The position numbers and the translations under genes are program-made. Below are positions 36,201 through 46,950 of a stretch of 64,000 nt of DNA, in pieces. The notes under the pieces are model-generated. The model did no database searches. It was not told the DNA's origin and saw only the letters and a program-made list of their open reading frames with translations. How positions within the stretch are numbered: the first letter of the stretch is position 1; the number at the start of each line of letters is the position of its first letter. The stretch is from positions 3,076,436-3,140,435 of the forward strand of contig SMSO01000031.1 in assembly GCA_004764695.1 (NCBI GenBank). The letters run 5' to 3'. The DNA comes from Schizochytrium sp. TIO01. Lineage: Eukaryota; Protista; Bigyra: Labyrinthulomycetes.

Positions 36201-36855
36201 TCTTGGCAAAATCCTCAATTTCAGCAACATCTACTGCTCGCACAGATGACTGGTCTACTTTGCATCCAACAAGTACTACGAAGGTATCTGGCGCAACGTT
36301 TCTTACCACATCCAGCCAGTACATCGTGGCGCGGTCGTAGCTGTTAAAGTCTGTCACATCATACATAATTAAAGCGCACAGGGCTCCATCTAGCATCCGT
36401 TCGAGTCGATTTTGATCGAGAACTCGCGTTCCACAGTCCCAAAACTGTGCTCTTACACGCGGTTCTTCCTCCTCAAATTCGCTGAGCTCAAAACCAACAT
36501 CCCGGTCCTCAAATTCGGCATAGCTTCCGCCTCTTCTATCGCTACTTGTAGTGCTGTTGTAATCTTCGCCTTCGAAGCCTTGATTATAATTCCTGCCGCG
36601 GATAGATTTGCTGCTGTGATTTGGGTCTTCGAAGTCAACGTCAGACTCATTACTTTTCGCCCGGATTTTGAGCTCGTTATGCCTGGATTGTTTATGTCTT
36701 GGTTCTGCTGGCGGCAAAAGTGCATCCCAGACACGAACATCGCCGCTCTCCAAGTACCTCTCCTCAAAGGCGAGTTCGCTGAAGGCTCGAACTGCACTGG
36801 TCTTGCCTACAGCTTGTTCTCCCAGCACACCAATTTTTAGTCTGTATGTACGCAT
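33244..36855 (-). CDS. Large atypical Rab-like GTPase with disordered linker and three C-terminal PFU-like repeats
   Basis: 1203-aa ORF. G1 GEQAVGKTS, G3 QFWDCG, IMYDVT, G4 LVGCKVD, G5 FMEMSARTG. Three ~52-aa repeats containing a GDD motif. Confidence 0.85.
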   Translation of the reverse strand: MRTYRLKIGVLGEQAVGKTSAVRAFSELAFEERYLESGDVRVWDALLPPAEPRHKQSRHNELKIRAKSNESDVDFEDPNHSSKSIRGRNYNQGFEGEDYNSTTSSDRRGGSYAEFEDRDVGFELSEFEEEEPRVRAQFWDCGTRVLDQNRLERMLDGALCALIMYDVTDFNSYDRATMYWLDVVRNVAPDTFVVLVGCKVDQSSVRAVDVAEIEDFAKTHGVMFMEMSARTGENVDLTLSLLRIRAQHMVNAEIHATSLDLDAEDNRDRSPVDEQSVERQSYSELGNATQLTEKQGYLPINRLKGVRTDSFARASRHSQQPLSTCEFDQEFSPGDANAEKEGARNIMRGEHMGYGGNTSVNSHSLAQNKLEKNLTNHIDHQPSTANPMNESPDSMTISAILGRQTAVRSASQSTFGVQSMASEDDTEREALVRDIQNLNVNSGLVDSGLYEKSMPGEGTYSIETGLQQESSLSSPQRFRLTSEASADEWSSARGLESTVSKAREDVGRLSNFVKGALENDTNRLLHRSPDQNKSQLNNRGRSINGQARSRGGTDNSFVSSNGNGISGIRLHHDGGLSVQESSQHNNQSNQSIVDNSNKSLQDARNHNQGVEGHTDSVRLHSGSDAMSSAKKGDYTNKSPERNKLFSRAPETQFDKRTREQRGSTVSAPAAERRFIRPEDTTLHKRSTQSFARKAERDEDDVSQKQVPRRSRGFSGNSRSTASETVAPEMYVDVNMDGKLIGTIPVHRGDDPVALASAFVLKHRLDRSMQPKLRRLLHDRMIEFHGSENQPLPFHSNREGDALSQVSNIGSKKSFRKPRNLSRSSFRSNSGPIIGTLHVKVGPGRIGKLVVREGDDPGKLVAGFRKTYGLRERQASEIEERVVLQLRLYYEQQQQESATLRPTSLHPSPTSNQGEQPERFYGHVDDRMVENNSYLRERNSFGDEKEQHSKISVDASPSEYQQIRHQSVSHQLPTIRTNHLDRPAPYFEPTEKLPSPIMYPSVLTQRQRELLHATLGWQASRDAASAAAAGNQHSLDQSENGHTHGLWREESGTTADRPEVMNTQNPFESMEQTYFQTSTTNSTSDHNIQNSRRQRQDFDLGQPSESETGQPSRPRRRPPPSLHEEAVLRAATSPQNRSQPLFHLDVNIGKGHMERISVREGDDVAMLAQSFAERHGLSFNKVPRLTFLLEEKLLLHSRQNHSFT

Positions 36856-37813
36856 CGTTACCTCTCAGCACGACCGCACCAACTAGAGAAGCGCCTAACT
36901 CCGAGGTTTGGCTTCTGCTCGAGCTTATTGAACGGATGGATGTACAAACGTTGCAATCAACGTCAATCCTGAGTCAAAGGCCTTGCCAGGGTACACCCTC
37001 GGGGAACGAGCCGTAGACGAAGATCCTTTTACGATCGAGACGTTTAAGGAGAACGTGCTTAGCGCTGGCGAGGCATGAGGTGCGAGATCCTTGCAGCGAT
37101 TGCTTGGCTTGGCTTCCCTTCCTTGACTTCGTCAATCTCTTTTCTTGTGCACGTTTTATCGCATGTTTCTTTTATTGTTTTTAAAATGATTGTTTTCGTG
37201 TATTTATTTACCAAATTGGAAGATGAAACAACATGAGGCAAAAAACAGCTCCCAAATCAAATTTGCTTGGCCACGGTGGCTGCTGATTCAAAGTCCATTT
37301 CCTAAAAGCAAATTCTTGTATTTCTAATGACCATTCTGCTCTGTCGTTGCTTTTGATTAATGCACTAAAGCAAATAAGGATAGCTGCAGTTCATTCTATA
37401 GTATCTCAAAATTTTCTTATTCTGACCAGAGTTTCGGGGCTGGAAAGGCGTTGATGATCTTAAAAAGAAATACCGGCAATATCGGCAACGCCTTGCGCTT
37501 TGAGCATTATTGGTCTATTTCCTTGGAAATGAATATATTATTGCGTTTGTAATCACCAACCGTGAGAGCACATCTAGTAAGAGCACACCTAATGAGAGAC
37601 ATTGAGATTATCATATCATGATAGTGTGTTTACTAGGTGTGCGATTTTTTTTAAAATTTACCAAATGTTCAAGTTATCTTCATTAAAATTAAAGCTGGAA
37701 GGATAGACTCAGATAAGATGTATTAAAAGTCGTTTGTTGATAGAGGAGAAGATGTTGGAGACAGAGCAAACCAGGAAACAGTCTTCGGCGCCAAGGGGTA
37801 GTGAGGCGTTGTT

Positions 37814-37817
<4 letters not shown>

Positions 37818-37847
<30 letters not shown>
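37818..37847. repeat. (AG)n microsatellite
   Basis: Directly visible, ~15 units, upstream of the phosphatase gene. Confidence 0.95.
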
Positions 37848-37851
<4 letters not shown>

Positions 37852-38106
37852 AAAATAGTCAGAGGTAAAGCCGTTTCATTTGGTTAGGAATCGACTCAGG
37901 ACTCAAAGCTTAGGGCAGGTGCAAGAAGGAACTTCGATTCAACCTGTCTCTCTCGAGTTGTTGCTTTTATCTGCAAGGAAATCCTTGAGCTTACAAGCTC
38001 AATTCAACAACATCAAATCGTCACCACACGAGATTAAAACGGGATTTTAGTCTATCTGAAAGAACCCCTTCTTTCCCTCCCTCCTCCGCGCACGCGCACG
38101 AAAATC

Positions 38107-38907
38107 ATGAGTGAAATGGAATCGAGGATTGAAGAGGCTGCCGCGCCGGCCAAGGTGGTGCTTGTTTTTGATTATGACTGGAGCCTAATCAATGAAAACT
38201 CCGACACTTATATTTTCAAGCAGCTCGCACCTGAGATCCATGACTGGCTTCGAGAGCAGTCCAGCTCACGCCCAGGAGACTGGACGGCTGTTGTCGATGA
38301 CTCTCTGCTTAAGATGCAGGTTGAGACTACTGTTGGGATCCCAGAGATCCAGAACTGCCTTGAAAATGTCCCGGTCCTCGATGGCATGCTCGACGCCGTG
38401 CGAGAGGTTGGCGAAAGTGATCTAGGGTCCGTACATATCGTTTCGGATGCTAATGACTTTTTTATTAGAGTTTTTCTTGAGAAGAATGGTCTTGCCGGCC
38501 TGGTAGATTCCGTACAAACCAATCGTGCTTACCATGATGAGGCTGGTCACCTTCGTGTAGCGCCATTTGTAGATCCTGCAGATCCTCACCCTTGTGATCT
38601 CTGCCCCAAGAACCTCTGCAAGGGTGTGGTACTTGATAAACTCGAATTGCTAGCTCCAGATTCCCGAGTTGTCTACGTCGGTGATGGTGGTGGCGACTTC
38701 TGCCCTGGTCTTCGTCTACGCGCCCAAGATTGGCTTTTAGTACGCCAAGATGATGGCTATCCATCTGCATTGGGTCTCTCCAAGCGAATTCGTAAAAATC
38801 AAGAGCACCGCCCTGTGACTGCCCAGCTTCGGACTTGGACTAAGGGCTCTGAGGTGACTCAAATTGTACGCGAGGCACTTGCATTGGCTAGACGTGCTCA
38901 TGTTTAA
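38107..38907 (+). CDS. PHOSPHO1/PHOSPHO2-like HAD phosphatase (phosphoethanolamine/phosphocholine/pyridoxal-phosphate phosphatase family)
   Basis: HAD motif I VFDYDWSLINENSD, motif II IVSDANDFFI, HPCDLCPKNLCKG, motif IV VYVGDGGGDFCP. Confidence 0.93.
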   Translation: MSEMESRIEEAAAPAKVVLVFDYDWSLINENSDTYIFKQLAPEIHDWLREQSSSRPGDWTAVVDDSLLKMQVETTVGIPEIQNCLENVPVLDGMLDAVREVGESDLGSVHIVSDANDFFIRVFLEKNGLAGLVDSVQTNRAYHDEAGHLRVAPFVDPADPHPCDLCPKNLCKGVVLDKLELLAPDSRVVYVGDGGGDFCPGLRLRAQDWLLVRQDDGYPSALGLSKRIRKNQEHRPVTAQLRTWTKGSEVTQIVREALALARRAHV

Positions 38908-41416
38908 GTGACATCTCCTTATCTCTCACACCTTTGTTTCACATCACCACCTCAATTATTAGAAAGATCAAAAACCTGTTGATGTCTGTCAAAAATTGCT
39001 AGTGATTACACGGATGTTGAGAGCAGAATCAAACTAGCTATCGTCGATAACTAAACCAACGTAATGTACATGATTTTATTTGAACCAAGTCTTCCAATTT
39101 CGCTGGAGTCTTTAGCTTGACCTTGCCATGTTTCTACCGCATTTCAAAATCCGTCTCAAGAATTCATACCAACAGAAAATACAGGGCTCCTTGAACAACA
39201 ATTTTCCCATTGCAGAGCAAAGAATTAGCTGGTATCGTATCATACATACTTAAGCTGTTCTTACAACGTTGGCTAGAATATATTAGCACGTCGTGAAAAT
39301 CTTGTCCTCCTAAACACTAGATAGCTTCTTACCTAGCTACTACAACTATCATAAAATAGGCCTAGCAATGCTAATTAAACTCTAGAAATTATTATTATCA
39401 CTCTGGCGATTCTCATAAACCCTTTTCAAGCATGTTAGGCCTACTCGTGCTTGTTTGGTTTGTCTCTCCTCTGGATACCTAGGTACTGCTACCTTGAGAT
39501 CTTGCTCTCAGCTCCTCATCTCCGCCGGCAGGTTGCTTGTTGTCCTAACGGTATATTTGTCCTCTTCCTGATTTTCTGTTTCACCTAACTTCGGCATTGA
39601 AAAGTTCTGCCAAAAGACCAGCTAGGAGGTAAATTACGACGTAGGCTTTACTACTCCCTCCTACTAACCCTCCCTACCTAGCTAGATACCCCCGTTGCTA
39701 TGATCCCCTTGTAGTTTTCAACTTGCGCGAACGAGATTCTCACCATCGTGTCCTCCTCGGTGAATCTCCAAGCCAAGATACTGCCTACCCTGGGTAAGAA
39801 ATAACCACCTTGATGAGTACGAAGACTCGCTCAAACTCGCCAAGACAATCAATCAATCAAACTTTCCGGCTACACCGATGCAGAGATGCAGAACTCCAAC
39901 TAGGATCCTGCCCTCCAACACACACAGCGCCTGCAGCTTCTTCTCCTTCTTCCTGCGCCGGTCGTGACAATCCCGTCTCCCTATGCTTTGCTCCGGCATT
40001 TTCACAGAGAGAGAGGAGTGAACCTTCTTCTCAATTCATTCATCCCGGGCAGCGAGGGAGGCCATCGCGGTCATTCCCAGACAGACAGACAGACTGTCAT
40101 CGCCCTGCGCTGCATCTCGCGCAGTCAGCGACGGTGCGATTCCGCATTGATTGATTTCGCTCCAAGAAGAAGAAAGAACAAGAAGACGAAGAAGACGCAA
40201 ATCGAAATCAAAATCGAAATCGAAGCTCGTTGGTTCTGTTCTTCGACGCCGCCGTTGACGTTTGGGAAGCAGCGAAAGCTTCGAAAGCACTGCTGCGACG
40301 GAGGGAGAGAGAGTTCTTTGCGAGTTTGGGCCCAGGGCGCGAACGAGCCGAGGAACACGAACGGCACGGGTATGCGCGTGCTCCCCTGACAGCCTCGGTC
40401 TCCTTCGTACCCTCCGTCGTCTTCAGTCGGCCTCCATTTTTGAATTGGCGGAGCGGAGTTCAAATTTGGAGAATCCAAAGAAGCGAAACCTCAGAACTTG
40501 AAAAGGTAAGAAAGAGAGAAAGAAAGAGACAAACCAACTTTGAACGCGAGAACTGAAAAAGAGACGGGGCAATCGTCCCATCCCTGCATTCTCTAAACTC
40601 AGGGCCAGTGGTCTTGTGAGAAACTCCACTGCCACTCAAATGAACAGGCCAATGCAGAATTCACTCACAGTCATGCTCCACAGTTATCTAAATTATGAGT
40701 GGCACAACTTTAAGTTTTCGTCAGTGGCCGGTGCAATATTTAGGAAGATATATTCAAATTGGATACGAAGCTTTGGCACTCTACCCTCACAAAATAGTGC
40801 GTCCCCACTGAAAGTCCAAAAGATTGCAATTAGCTGGACTTACTGAGAGGAGGAAAAAACAAAAGAAGAGAAAAAGAACTGCTATTAATGGTTTCATACA
40901 AATAATTATCATAAACAACACATACTTGCAAGTATTCGTAGCAAATTGATTCGCGGCGAATGCACAAGTTGCCCTGGAGAGTACTAGTTAGCTTCTATGT
41001 GCCTTGGTAGTGGTTTTATTGTTAACTCTAAAGGTATTTGTATCTTTCATGAGTAATACCTTGTCTAGTAATATCTTTTTGTTTCGAAAGAAACAGATTA
41101 AAATAGAGGAGATACGTATGAAATAATACAGGCACAGTGGGGAGAAAGATCGTTGGCTTCTTTCTCTTGACCAAAGACGGCATAAACTCAGCAAATCCCA
41201 ATCGATCGATCGGCCGATCGCTCGGTAAAGAACCAACCCCGTCGATCGACACAGCGTCGATCGCGACCACGACTCTTTTGATTGCTAGCCCCGTGCAGTC
41301 CACCGAGAGTTATCTGTTTCAATACTCTCCGACCAGGCAGCGCGAACAACGCCGCCGAAGTTGTTGAGGTTCGAGCGTAGAATTTGATCAAGAAGTCAAG
41401 ATAAATTCTAGCCAAA

Positions 41417-42895
41417 ATGACCTCTGCTGTGGCGACCTTCACCATGGCAGCTCTGCTCGTCATTGCTTTTCTGCAAATGTCAGCTGTTGAGGCAAACAAC
41501 ATTTTTAAGGTGCCTCTTAAGAAGCACCCGCGCAAGTTCCTCTTCGAGTCCGGCATGCCTGAGAATGCCGCTGAGATGCGCCAGGCTGCTTACATGGCCA
41601 AGTTTACTGATGTGAATGGCAAGGAGGAGGGTGACATCCTCGTCCACGATTACATGAATGCTCAGTACAGTATTGACATCACGCTGGGCACCCCTGGCCA
41701 GGCCGTCACAGTCATCCCTGATACCGGTTCTTCTAACCTCTGGGCAGCAAGCAAGAACAAGTTCTTGCAGTTCCACAAGCTTTACAAGAAGGAGAAGTCC
41801 ACTACTTACAAGTACAACGGTACCAAGTTTGAGCTCCACTACGGCTCTGGTGGTGTCACTGGTGTCTTCGTCAACGATGTCTGGCGTGTTGGTCCCTTCA
41901 GTGTGACCGGCAACAGCTTCGGTTCTTGCGATGACATGTCTGGATTTGGCGTAGCGTGGTACATGGCCCATTTTGATGGTATCCTTGGTCTGGGCTTTAG
42001 CGCTTTGCGTCAAGGTGGTGGCCCTGCTCCGTTCCAGCAGCTCATCAACTCTGGCCAGCTCAATGAGAATGTCTTTGCCTTCTACCTCTCTGATACCTCT
42101 GGCTCTGATGGTGAGCTCGTCATTGGTGGTGTTGATAAGAACCACTACGAGGGTGAGTTCCACACTGTCCCCCTCACCTCTGAGACATACTGGGCTGTCG
42201 AGCTCGGTGGCCTTTACGTTGACGGCGAGCTTGTGTCTACCACCAAGAAGGCTATTGTCGACAGTGGTACCTCCCTCCTTGCTGGCCCCACTGAAGAGGT
42301 TGCCAAGATTGCCGACTTGCTTGGTGCCACCGCTCTCCCTGTGGGTGAGTACATGATTGACTGTAACGCCAATGGCCCGGATATTGATGTTGAGTTGAAC
42401 GGCAAGAAGTTCTCGCTCGCGTTTGAGGATTACATCATCAATAGCGGCAAGGGTGCTTGCATCCTCGGCATGATCGGCATTGAGATTGGTGCCCCTGCTG
42501 GCCCTCTCTGGATCCTTGGTGATGTCTTCATGAAGAAGTACTACGTGAAGTTTGACTGGGAGGGCCAGAGCGTTGGTATTGCCAAGCTCAAGGCAACCAA
42601 CGAACTTGAGGGTAAGCCCAAGAAGCCCTGCAAGTACCACAACCACAAGCACGAGCACATTCACTACCACCCTGCTTCGGTCACTGAGAACATGCACGTT
42701 GACCAGCACTACCACCTCTACGAGTCTAACGCCGAGCAGCTCTTCTTCCCGGCCATGGCCTTCCTTGTCAGTTTGGTGGCCTTTGTGTCCCTCCGCCGCT
42801 GCATTCGCGCTCGCCGTCAGTCTGAGGAGGAGCAGGAGTACACGCAGCTTGCTGGAGCTCCGGAGGTTATCTCTGCCAAGACTACTCTCGTGTAA
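41417..42895 (+). CDS. Pepsin/cathepsin D-family (A1) aspartic protease with C-terminal membrane anchor
   Basis: Signal peptide, propeptide (KVPLKK), catalytic DTGSSNLW and DSGTSLL, flap YGSG, FDGILGLGF, WILGDVF. C-terminal hydrophobic segment and short tail. Confidence 0.95.
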   Translation: MTSAVATFTMAALLVIAFLQMSAVEANNIFKVPLKKHPRKFLFESGMPENAAEMRQAAYMAKFTDVNGKEEGDILVHDYMNAQYSIDITLGTPGQAVTVIPDTGSSNLWAASKNKFLQFHKLYKKEKSTTYKYNGTKFELHYGSGGVTGVFVNDVWRVGPFSVTGNSFGSCDDMSGFGVAWYMAHFDGILGLGFSALRQGGGPAPFQQLINSGQLNENVFAFYLSDTSGSDGELVIGGVDKNHYEGEFHTVPLTSETYWAVELGGLYVDGELVSTTKKAIVDSGTSLLAGPTEEVAKIADLLGATALPVGEYMIDCNANGPDIDVELNGKKFSLAFEDYIINSGKGACILGMIGIEIGAPAGPLWILGDVFMKKYYVKFDWEGQSVGIAKLKATNELEGKPKKPCKYHNHKHEHIHYHPASVTENMHVDQHYHLYESNAEQLFFPAMAFLVSLVAFVSLRRCIRARRQSEEEQEYTQLAGAPEVISAKTTLV

Positions 42896-44386
42896 GTAAC
42901 ATTTTTCAGTACATAAGAAATTGTGATGGTATCTCCAGACTATTTTTTCTGTTTTCTTGCTTGTTGATAGCGCTGTATTTGAAGCTAATTAATACAAATG
43001 CCTCATGCCTTGAAAACCTATTCGCCTTAGCTTTTGTATCTGTTCAAACTTTAGTGAAACCTATTCAATAAATTTATAATTAGGTTCTGAAACATCAGTA
43101 GTGCAAAATTTACCGCCGTTTCTATTTTCAAGACTGCGCTGTTCAGTAGAAAGCTTACTGGTATTCAAACTATATCGAGTGCAATTATGTGCATTTATCT
43201 AGATTCAATATCTATATCTCACAGGGATGCACTGATTCGCAAATCCTAAAATGAGTATAACGACGTCTATTTGTCGAGCAGCAAGCTTGCCCCTATGCGA
43301 AAACTGGTGCAGGTGATGAGGGGGTTAAAGCGATGCAGAAGACATAATAAAGTTGATCTATGCTTCTAGGTAGAGAAGAATCTGATAATGTATACTACTG
43401 TACATCCAAGTTTATTTTTATTGAACGTGCAGCACTTTGGGTTAGCTTATCAACGCCAATGTGGGCCATGTTTATTTAATCATGGAGGTCCTATCTCATT
43501 TAAATAAAATGTATCAAGGAGAAGTAAAAAACAATGACTTTAGCTCACAATACTGTCAATCAAGGTGAATCTTTTGAGTTGAGAAAGGGGGAGGGACGAA
43601 GAGGGATGGAAGAGGAAGGAGATAGTGCCTAATTATACAGATCAGCTAGGCTCATAATGAAGAAACCCATCTAATGTATAATCATTTTCTAACATGACAA
43701 AAGAAACCAAGATCTTCAAATTAAGATTAAGCTGACAAGAAGGATATCTGTAAAAAGTATTGTATATCAGCCTACAGACGCTGCTTTTTCGATATAGTTT
43801 AACTAGTTCCAGAATTCCTTCGCAGGATCAAGTTATAGCAAGGCCAAGCATCAAAACTAGAGCACACCAAGACCTTTCTAGCTAGGTGTCTGTAATTTTA
43901 ATTTCCATACAAGAGCTATTTCTACAGCCAACGCATGCATAGTGGATAGGCACTATGTATCGGTCGACCGCCAAAATGAGTGAGCAGAAAAGAAGCATGA
44001 GCAGAACATCAATTAAATCGAAGATCTATCCAGAATAAACATCGAAGCCTGCGTCCACGGACGCGAGTAGCTGGCGTCAGGCGTGATAGAAGTGGCCCGT
44101 GCCTCTGTATGTTAGTTGTTGCACTCCGTGGATGGGGCTCCGTCGTTGTCGCTGACACAGGAGCTGAGAAAAGGAATAAAGTGATTAAGAGCGATACAGC
44201 GATCCCGCGCCAGTACCTTTTGAATTTGAAGTTGAATTTTTTTGCTGGTTGTAGTCGGAGCGTTATATCTTTTGCGCTGCCTCAGGGATCTCTCACGTTG
44301 TCGCTCCTCGAGTCCAAGGTAGAGACACTAATCATCGCGATGGAGGTCAAGATCAGACAGGGCAGCGAGCGATCAGCCTCGCTCGC

Positions 44387-44617
44387 TTAAACGGCAAGGC
44401 GGTGGCCAGACTGGTTCATGACGACGACAGAGGCGACGAAGAACACAGCGTTCTTGAGGAGCTTGATGTTGTTGGCACGCTCCTCGCCGTCGCCGAAGTA
44501 GTCCTTCATGAGGCGCTTGTAGTTGTAGCTGATGAGCTCACCGACAGTGGCGTTCTCATCGGGCACCTCAATGATGTCCACGGTGCTCTCCTTGGCGACG
44601 TCGTTGAAGAGAAACAT
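44387..44617 (-). CDS. TOM5: Small tail-anchored protein resembling plant-type mitochondrial import receptor subunit TOM5
   Basis: 76 aa from ATG 44617 with strong coding-type codon bias. The C-terminus DGEERANNIKLLKNAVFFVASVVVMNQSGHRLAV matches the plant TOM5 pattern as I recall it (D.....N.KLL+...F...VV.M...G....V). Confidence 0.7.
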   Translation of the reverse strand: MFLFNDVAKESTVDIIEVPDENATVGELISYNYKRLMKDYFGDGEERANNIKLLKNAVFFVASVVVMNQSGHRLAV

Positions 44618-45433
44618 CTTGCTACTTGGTACGGAACGATTTACAAGGAACTCTCTGCGCACGCAAATCCAATCGCGTTTGATTGATCGCAGCTTCTCCT
44701 TACTATTCCCCTCTTTCTGCCTGCTTTTCTCTGTTTCTCTCCTTTTATTATTACTTCTTCTATTCCTCCTATTCTGCTATACTTCTATTATACCGAGACC
44801 AGTTCAAGTCAAGTAAAGCCTCCTATAACCCATTGTAGAGCAATTTACAAATCAAGCAAACTTTCTCAATCAACTTCAATCAACTTCAATTTCTTTTTAC
44901 TCTTGTTCTTCTTGAGCCTTCTTGGCCATTTCCATCCAGCCACTCACAAAATTTACCCGATACCTCCGAAGCACCTTGAAGTCAGCAATAATAATAGAGC
45001 TCATAGGAGAGTGTTAGACATATACGGAGGAACTTTGGTTTTGCCGAAACTCCGTGTCTGGCATACTTGAAAGCACTAAGAATAAAGGCGGGATCTGGGA
45101 TTCCAAGGATTGGTATAACAAATGCAGTGCAATGAAGCTGGGATAGACAGAGGTCTGGATGAAAAATGCACAGGGTGTGAATCTAGAATCTCACAATAGC
45201 TTATTTGAAGTCAGCGTTGGATTTGCTCAAAGACGCATATGACAATTGGGAATGTTACGCGACGTGAACTGTATATCCCATAAGGTATCTATCTGACTCG
45301 ATGATACTTTGCGTTTGGAGAAAAACTAAGGAAGATGTGAAATTGATCATCGTAATTTTTAAGTTGGTCTTTTATACAGGGGGGTTTGGGAGTAGATTTA
45401 CCTCCTTTGGAGGAGGAATTGACGGACTGTTGC

Positions 45434-45846
45434 TTAGAGAACCTCGGAAAACTGGAGTCGCTTCTCCACGGTGCGAATGCAAGAAGCAGGCACGTTGACA
45501 GCATCTATAAAATTAAAAACAAGCATTCAAGCAATAGCAAAGTAGACATTAGTAAACCGCATAATCTCAGGTTCGTGAGGCTCGTAAGAGCATCGTATCT
45601 TAAGTAATACTTACCGTCGTGAAAGACAATGTGTTGTCCACTAGCAGTAACAAACGGGGTGAATTTGGGCTTCACGAGGCCAGAGCTCGCGCTTTGAGAA
45701 CCACGGGGGTTAAGGGAAGATGTCTTGAGACGAGGCGGAGTTAAGCTGTACCCGTTTGGGTTCCTTTGCTTAGCCTCGAGTGCAATACGACCGATGCGGC
45801 TCTGGAGCTCATCCGACATTGAAGCAGACGGTTCGATTCCTTCCAT
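45434..45846 (-). CDS. Hypothetical ~100-aa protein, two exons (45846-45615, 45504-45434)
   Basis: ATG in GCCATCATGG context; GTAAGT donor at 45614 and TTTTATAG acceptor at 45505; splicing gives in-frame ...HIVFHDDAVNVPASCIRTVEKRLQFSEVL*. No family recognised. Confidence 0.5.
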
Positions 45847-46950
45847 GATGGCTTGGATATTGAAGTGACTTGACTTAATTTGACTGAAGTGTCCTGATGC
45901 ACCTGAAGCAAAACGATGCTGCCTCAGCAAGCTCGACTGCCTTTACTTCAACGAAGCCAGTATGTCCGAGCTCTAGATACTCCAGCAGCAGCACACGGCA
46001 AGGCTCGCAACTCAATTACTCACAAGCCGTCGAGCAGACAGGCTTCACCGCGCTCACAGGTGAGCAGACGGTCGAGTTGCACTGCAGCAGGCCCTGAAGG
46101 AAGAAACTTGTGGTGGACAAGGACTCCGGAACTTTAGAGGTTTGCTTGGTCGCAAGCTCTGACAGATTCAGGCTAGCCCATCGCAGCCGTTTCACAGAGT
46201 TGGCATGGTACGCACCTGTCCTATGTGTTTTCCCTAGCTACTTGTAAATCCTCTTATATGCGCATCATCGTCCCAAATAATCGAGAAGAAAAGATTCGTA
46301 TCTCAAGGTTTATAGTGTTGGAGGCCACCACCATGCTTGATGTAAACCTCAAGATCCTACACACATGATTTCGCAGATACGCTACGTGTTGTACGGGGTC
46401 AGGAAAGGCGATGCTATAGGGCGAAGAGAACTTTCAACTTGGCAAGTTTATGGTATGGTATGTAAAACAGCTGGAATTGAGGGATGTGCTGGCTATTTAG
46501 ATATTCTCAGCTTCGTCTCTCCAAGCGCACCAGTAACGATGGCAGTTTGCATTTGATAAAGCATATTCGATAGGGTCTGCCTTTAGAATCCGCAAGTGCA
46601 CATGATTTTTCGGATATTATCAGAAACTACAGATGCAGTGAATTCATTTGATGCTGCTTTAGAAGTATTTGCTTTAGGTTGTGAGATGTGCAACAATCAG
46701 TTGAAACAAACGACTGCTTGAAGACCTTACTGTGCCTGGGAAGATCAACGAAATCAAGATAACCTACATTTTTTCTACTTGGTGTTTTACTTGACGTTGT
46801 TCTAAAAACGGCCTAATATAGGTCCTTATTTTCACTTCTGGGAAAAAGTATGGGTCCGTTGATGCCAGGTGATTCACTCTCGTTGCAAACAGTAGAAACC
46901 TATCTCTTCTTTTGCGCTTAGAGCACAAGGAGCAAACGTGATGTTTGCAG

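Noticed and set aside
41480-42715. 411-aa antisense ORF over the aspartic protease
   Set aside because: In-register antisense shadow of a codon-biased gene; no domain features.
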